A stretch of DNA of 63,644 nucleotides, the filler included, from Folioceros fuciformis (Eukaryota): assembly GCA_049999805.1 (NCBI GenBank). It is 13 parts of 13 records of this genome, joined end to end, with 100 filler letters (N's around TTAATTAATTAA, not from the genome) between each part and the next. Parts side by side here need not be neighbours in the genome. Positions count along the whole stretch, not along the records: positions 60,896 to 63,644 come from JBNGIO010003393.1; 12 more parts are not named here. One strand, 5' to 3'. Positions within the stretch are counted from its first letter, which is position 1. Each line of letters opens with the position of its first letter. Of this stretch, positions 60,896-63,644 are shown in pieces. The notes below the pieces were generated by a model. The model had not been told where the DNA came from. It saw only the letters and a list, made by a program, of their open reading frames with translations, and did no database searches. The translations under genes and the position numbers were made by a program.

Positions 60896-63644
60896 GTCCT
60901 CAGGACATGGCAAGCAGCCACATGCGCCGAAGGAGAGGCCAGCTAACAATGCAGGTCAAGCAGCTGTGAAGTGTGGCAGATGCTGTGGAGCGCACAAGGC
61001 GTTCGAATGCGACTACAAGCCAGGTGGTCCGAAGGGCAAGGAAGCCTGTAAGTCTTGTGGCAGATGGGGTCACATGGAGGCAGCGTGTTGGGAAGCTCAT
61101 CCAGAGCTGAAGCCCAAGCTTGCATCAGCTGAGAACGAGAAGGGCAAGGGCCCGAGTCGTAAGGCTCTCCTTGGGCAAGTGGAGGAGCTCAAGAAGGAGA
61201 TGGCCAACATGGCCAGCAGAATAGAGCAGAGGATTTTGTTCTCTGACTCTNNNNNNNNNNNNNNNNNNNNNNNNNNNNNNNNNNNNNNNNNNNNNNNNNN
61301 NNNNNNNNNNNNNNNNNNNNNNNNNNNNNNNNNNNNNNNNNNNNNNNNNNCAGGTCGAGACGTTGAGGCGTTGCTGGACAAGGCCATGGAGGTGCCTATA
61401 GTAAGTCTTGTGGATCTGGGAGTGAAAGGCAACAGCTTCAAAAACATCATGCGAGAATGGCTGAGAAAGGAGCTTGAATCCGCAGGATCTCTCCCTAGTA
61501 TGGCCAGTTTGTGTGGCGAGCATCTGATGCCAGAGGCGCGAGGTGGAGGAGGTGTTGCCATGATTGATAACACGGGACGACACGTGACCTTTGATGGCTA
61601 TGCTCCAGTAAACGTACTTGTAGACACAGGAGCGGATCCGGTACTGCTGGGAGCACGGGTGCAGGAGGCACTAAAGCTGTACGGACACAAGCTCGTTCCG
61701 AGCGACGTGAACATCACCACCTCTGCAGGTACCAAGGAACAGGTACTGGGAATGACGAGGAGGCCCGTGAAGATTGAATTGAAGCCTGGCACGAAGGATG
61801 CCAGCATCGTTGAATTGAGATGTTTGGTCACCAGTGCGAAGACATATGATGTCTTGCTGGGGTCGAATGGAACTCACCGTCCTGCCATGGGGGTTGATCC
61901 CTTGCACGCTGAAGCTTTCTACAGACCATTCTGGTGGAGAGGAGATTTCACGCATGTTGCACGAATTCCTCTAAGGATGAATAGGAGTGGTGGCAAGAGC
62001 AGGACGAGGATGACAGGCAGCACCATGATTGCCCACAGTGCTCAGAGTGAACATCGACATGAGATGTGGGAGGAAACGCAGGAGTTATCCTCTCTGGAGA
62101 TGCCAAAGCCAAGAGAGCAGAAGGGTGTGCTTAAGGTGGTGCGCTCAGAATATTTGGATCAAGCGAGGGTTCGAGAGAACCAGCGAAGGAAGGAGGATCG
62201 ACCGTGGAATCTCACAGACACATGTCCTGAGAGGTCGATCCCAGGTATGGGGCCTGCCAACTCGGGAGATCGACGCATCGACGATGCTCTAGTACGATGG
62301 AAGGTGGGCGCTCAAGGCATCCATTTGTTGGAGCTCTGCTCGGGAATCAGCAGTGGCCTGGAAGCGGTGTTGCAGTGTGGCGTCAAGATACGGCAATATA
62401 CCTGCGTGGAGAAGGATGAGAAGATTCGAGCTGTCGTTAGGGGTCGAATCCTCAGGTTCTGCAAACAGTATCCAACACTACTGAGCGAGGAAGCAGTTCG
62501 AGGCTGTCAGAGCAGGCTGCCCACAGACGTGAACCTGGTTGGGAAGCGGCAGCTACAAGCCTTGTCAAGCCCAGTGGATATGCTGATCGCGGGATGAGAA
62601 TGCAAGACATTTTCGACAGCAGGCAGAGGCAACGGTGAAGGCGTTTCGTTGGCTGCTGAGCTCACACGAATCACGCGAGAAGTCCAGATTGCGAATCCAC
62701 GATGTTGGTACATTCTGGAGAATGTGTGTGCAGCCATGGACAAACGTCTAGCTGTTAGGGCCCTGTATGAAGAAATTCGGGCGTGGTTCGGCAATGAGCT
62801 GATCATGGACGCGGTGCAGTGTGGCTCATATGCACACAGGCTTCGCAGTTACTGGACAAATGTGGCTGGACTGGAGGTGCTCAGACAGCACAGGAATTTG
62901 ACAACTCCGAAGCGGAAGGTTGTGGATGATATCCTAGAGTTGGGAAGGTGCTCACAACAGGTGAAGAGGATGGACAAGTTGCCATTTTACCCTGTGAATC
63001 GAGTAGGGGAATCCAGAAGGGCATGGCCAACTCTGGTGAGCACACCGCAATCTTATGCCTTCAGACCAGGAGGAGATGGTGTGATTCTGGATTTGAAAGG
63101 GAATGAGCTTGGAGAGCTCAATGTTGAGGAACGCGAGCAAGCGATGGGCTTTGCCAAGAAGGACACTCAGACCATGGGCATCACAGAATCTGCAAGGTGC
63201 AGGATGCTCGGACAGGCATTTGACTTGTACAGTCTAAGGTGGCTGGTAAGCACAGGCTTGGCGTTCCAACTTGCAGAAGCCGAAGGGAAGCGAAGGCCTT
63301 TCCTCCAACTACTGCAGGATAAAGAGGTTCCTAAGGCAGAGGAAGACGAGCTGCTGCGGGAGAGATTCAGCATGGCCGCTGTGGATACTGAACTGTCCAC
63401 CAAGAGTGTGACGAAAGAGGTTCATGTATGGCACATTGCAGAAGATGTGAGCCCGGAAGATAAGTAGAAAATCATCGACATGCTTGAGAAAAACAAGGGT
63501 GCTTTTGCATTCAGTTGGAAGGAGCTGGGCAGGTATGAGAAGATCAAGTTCAAAGTAGTGACGACTCATGAAGAGCCCGTCTTCAGAAGGAGGCACCGCC
63601 TCAGTTCAGCAGAATGGGCGATTGTTGACAAACGCTGTCAAGAG
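60896..63644 (+). mobile_element. Ty3/Gypsy retrotransposon polyprotein: gag zinc knuckles - aspartic protease - C5 DNA methyltransferase - RT N-terminus (partial at both ends, two in-frame stops)
   Basis: Knuckles CGRCCGAHKAFEC and CKSCGRWGHMEAAC, protease VLVDTGADPVLLG...YDVLLG, MTase at about 62319-63255, then WHIAEDVSPEDK*KIIDMLEKNKGAFAFSWKELG..EPVFRRRHRLSSAEWAIVDKRCQE, typical of the segment leading into Gypsy RT. Everything from 61351 onward is in one frame. Confidence 0.9.
62319..63257 (+). pseudogene. DNMT3-like cytosine-5 DNA methyltransferase domain inside Gypsy pol (TGA at 62595-62597)
   Basis: Motif I IHLLELCSGISSG, II YTCVEKD, III-IV DVNLV..SPVDMLIAG*ECKTFSTAG, VI WYILENV, VIII DAVQCGSYAHRLRSYWTN, IX-X EEREQAMGF..DT..GITESARCRMLGQAFDLYSLRWL. 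The order is canonical, not the permuted DRM order. Confidence 0.9.

Noticed and set aside
62319-63257. Bacterial restriction-modification MTase contamination, or a host DNMT3 gene
   Set aside because: The domain is intronless and fused in frame to a retroviral-type protease and RT lead-in. Its motifs VIII-X are DNMT3-like rather than HhaI-like, and no restriction gene is present.
56434-63644. RDR and DNMT as a linked silencing gene cluster
   Set aside because: They are separated by an artificial linker at 60796-60895, so adjacency is not evidence of linkage.

Overview
Land-plant nuclear DNA, probably from a non-seed plant (inferred from short ~80-100 nt introns, GLK, IQD, a PLS-PPR fragment and a COMM-domain gene). 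The window is not one locus. It is 13 pieces joined by 12 artificial 100-nt linkers (N44-TTAATTAATTAA-N44), so neighbourhood across linkers means nothing. Host genes are an IQ67-domain gene (-), an At1g80640-like receptor kinase (+), GOLDEN2-LIKE (+), a small COMM-domain gene (+) and DSS1/SEM1 (-). Broken genes are an RDR3/4/5-type RNA-dependent RNA polymerase missing its catalytic core, a PLS-PPR fragment, a truncated secreted cupin and a SWIM/MULE-like relic. The rest is nested, decayed Ty1/Copia elements, two CRE-like non-LTR RT relics and tandem repeats. The standout is the last piece (60896-63644), a Ty3/Gypsy polyprotein with a full-length DNMT3-like C5-cytosine methyltransferase domain in frame between the aspartic protease and the start of reverse transcriptase. 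The first piece holds a Gypsy integrase with a C-terminal PHD finger. The two could belong to one chromatin reader/writer retrotransposon lineage, but their linkage is not shown here.
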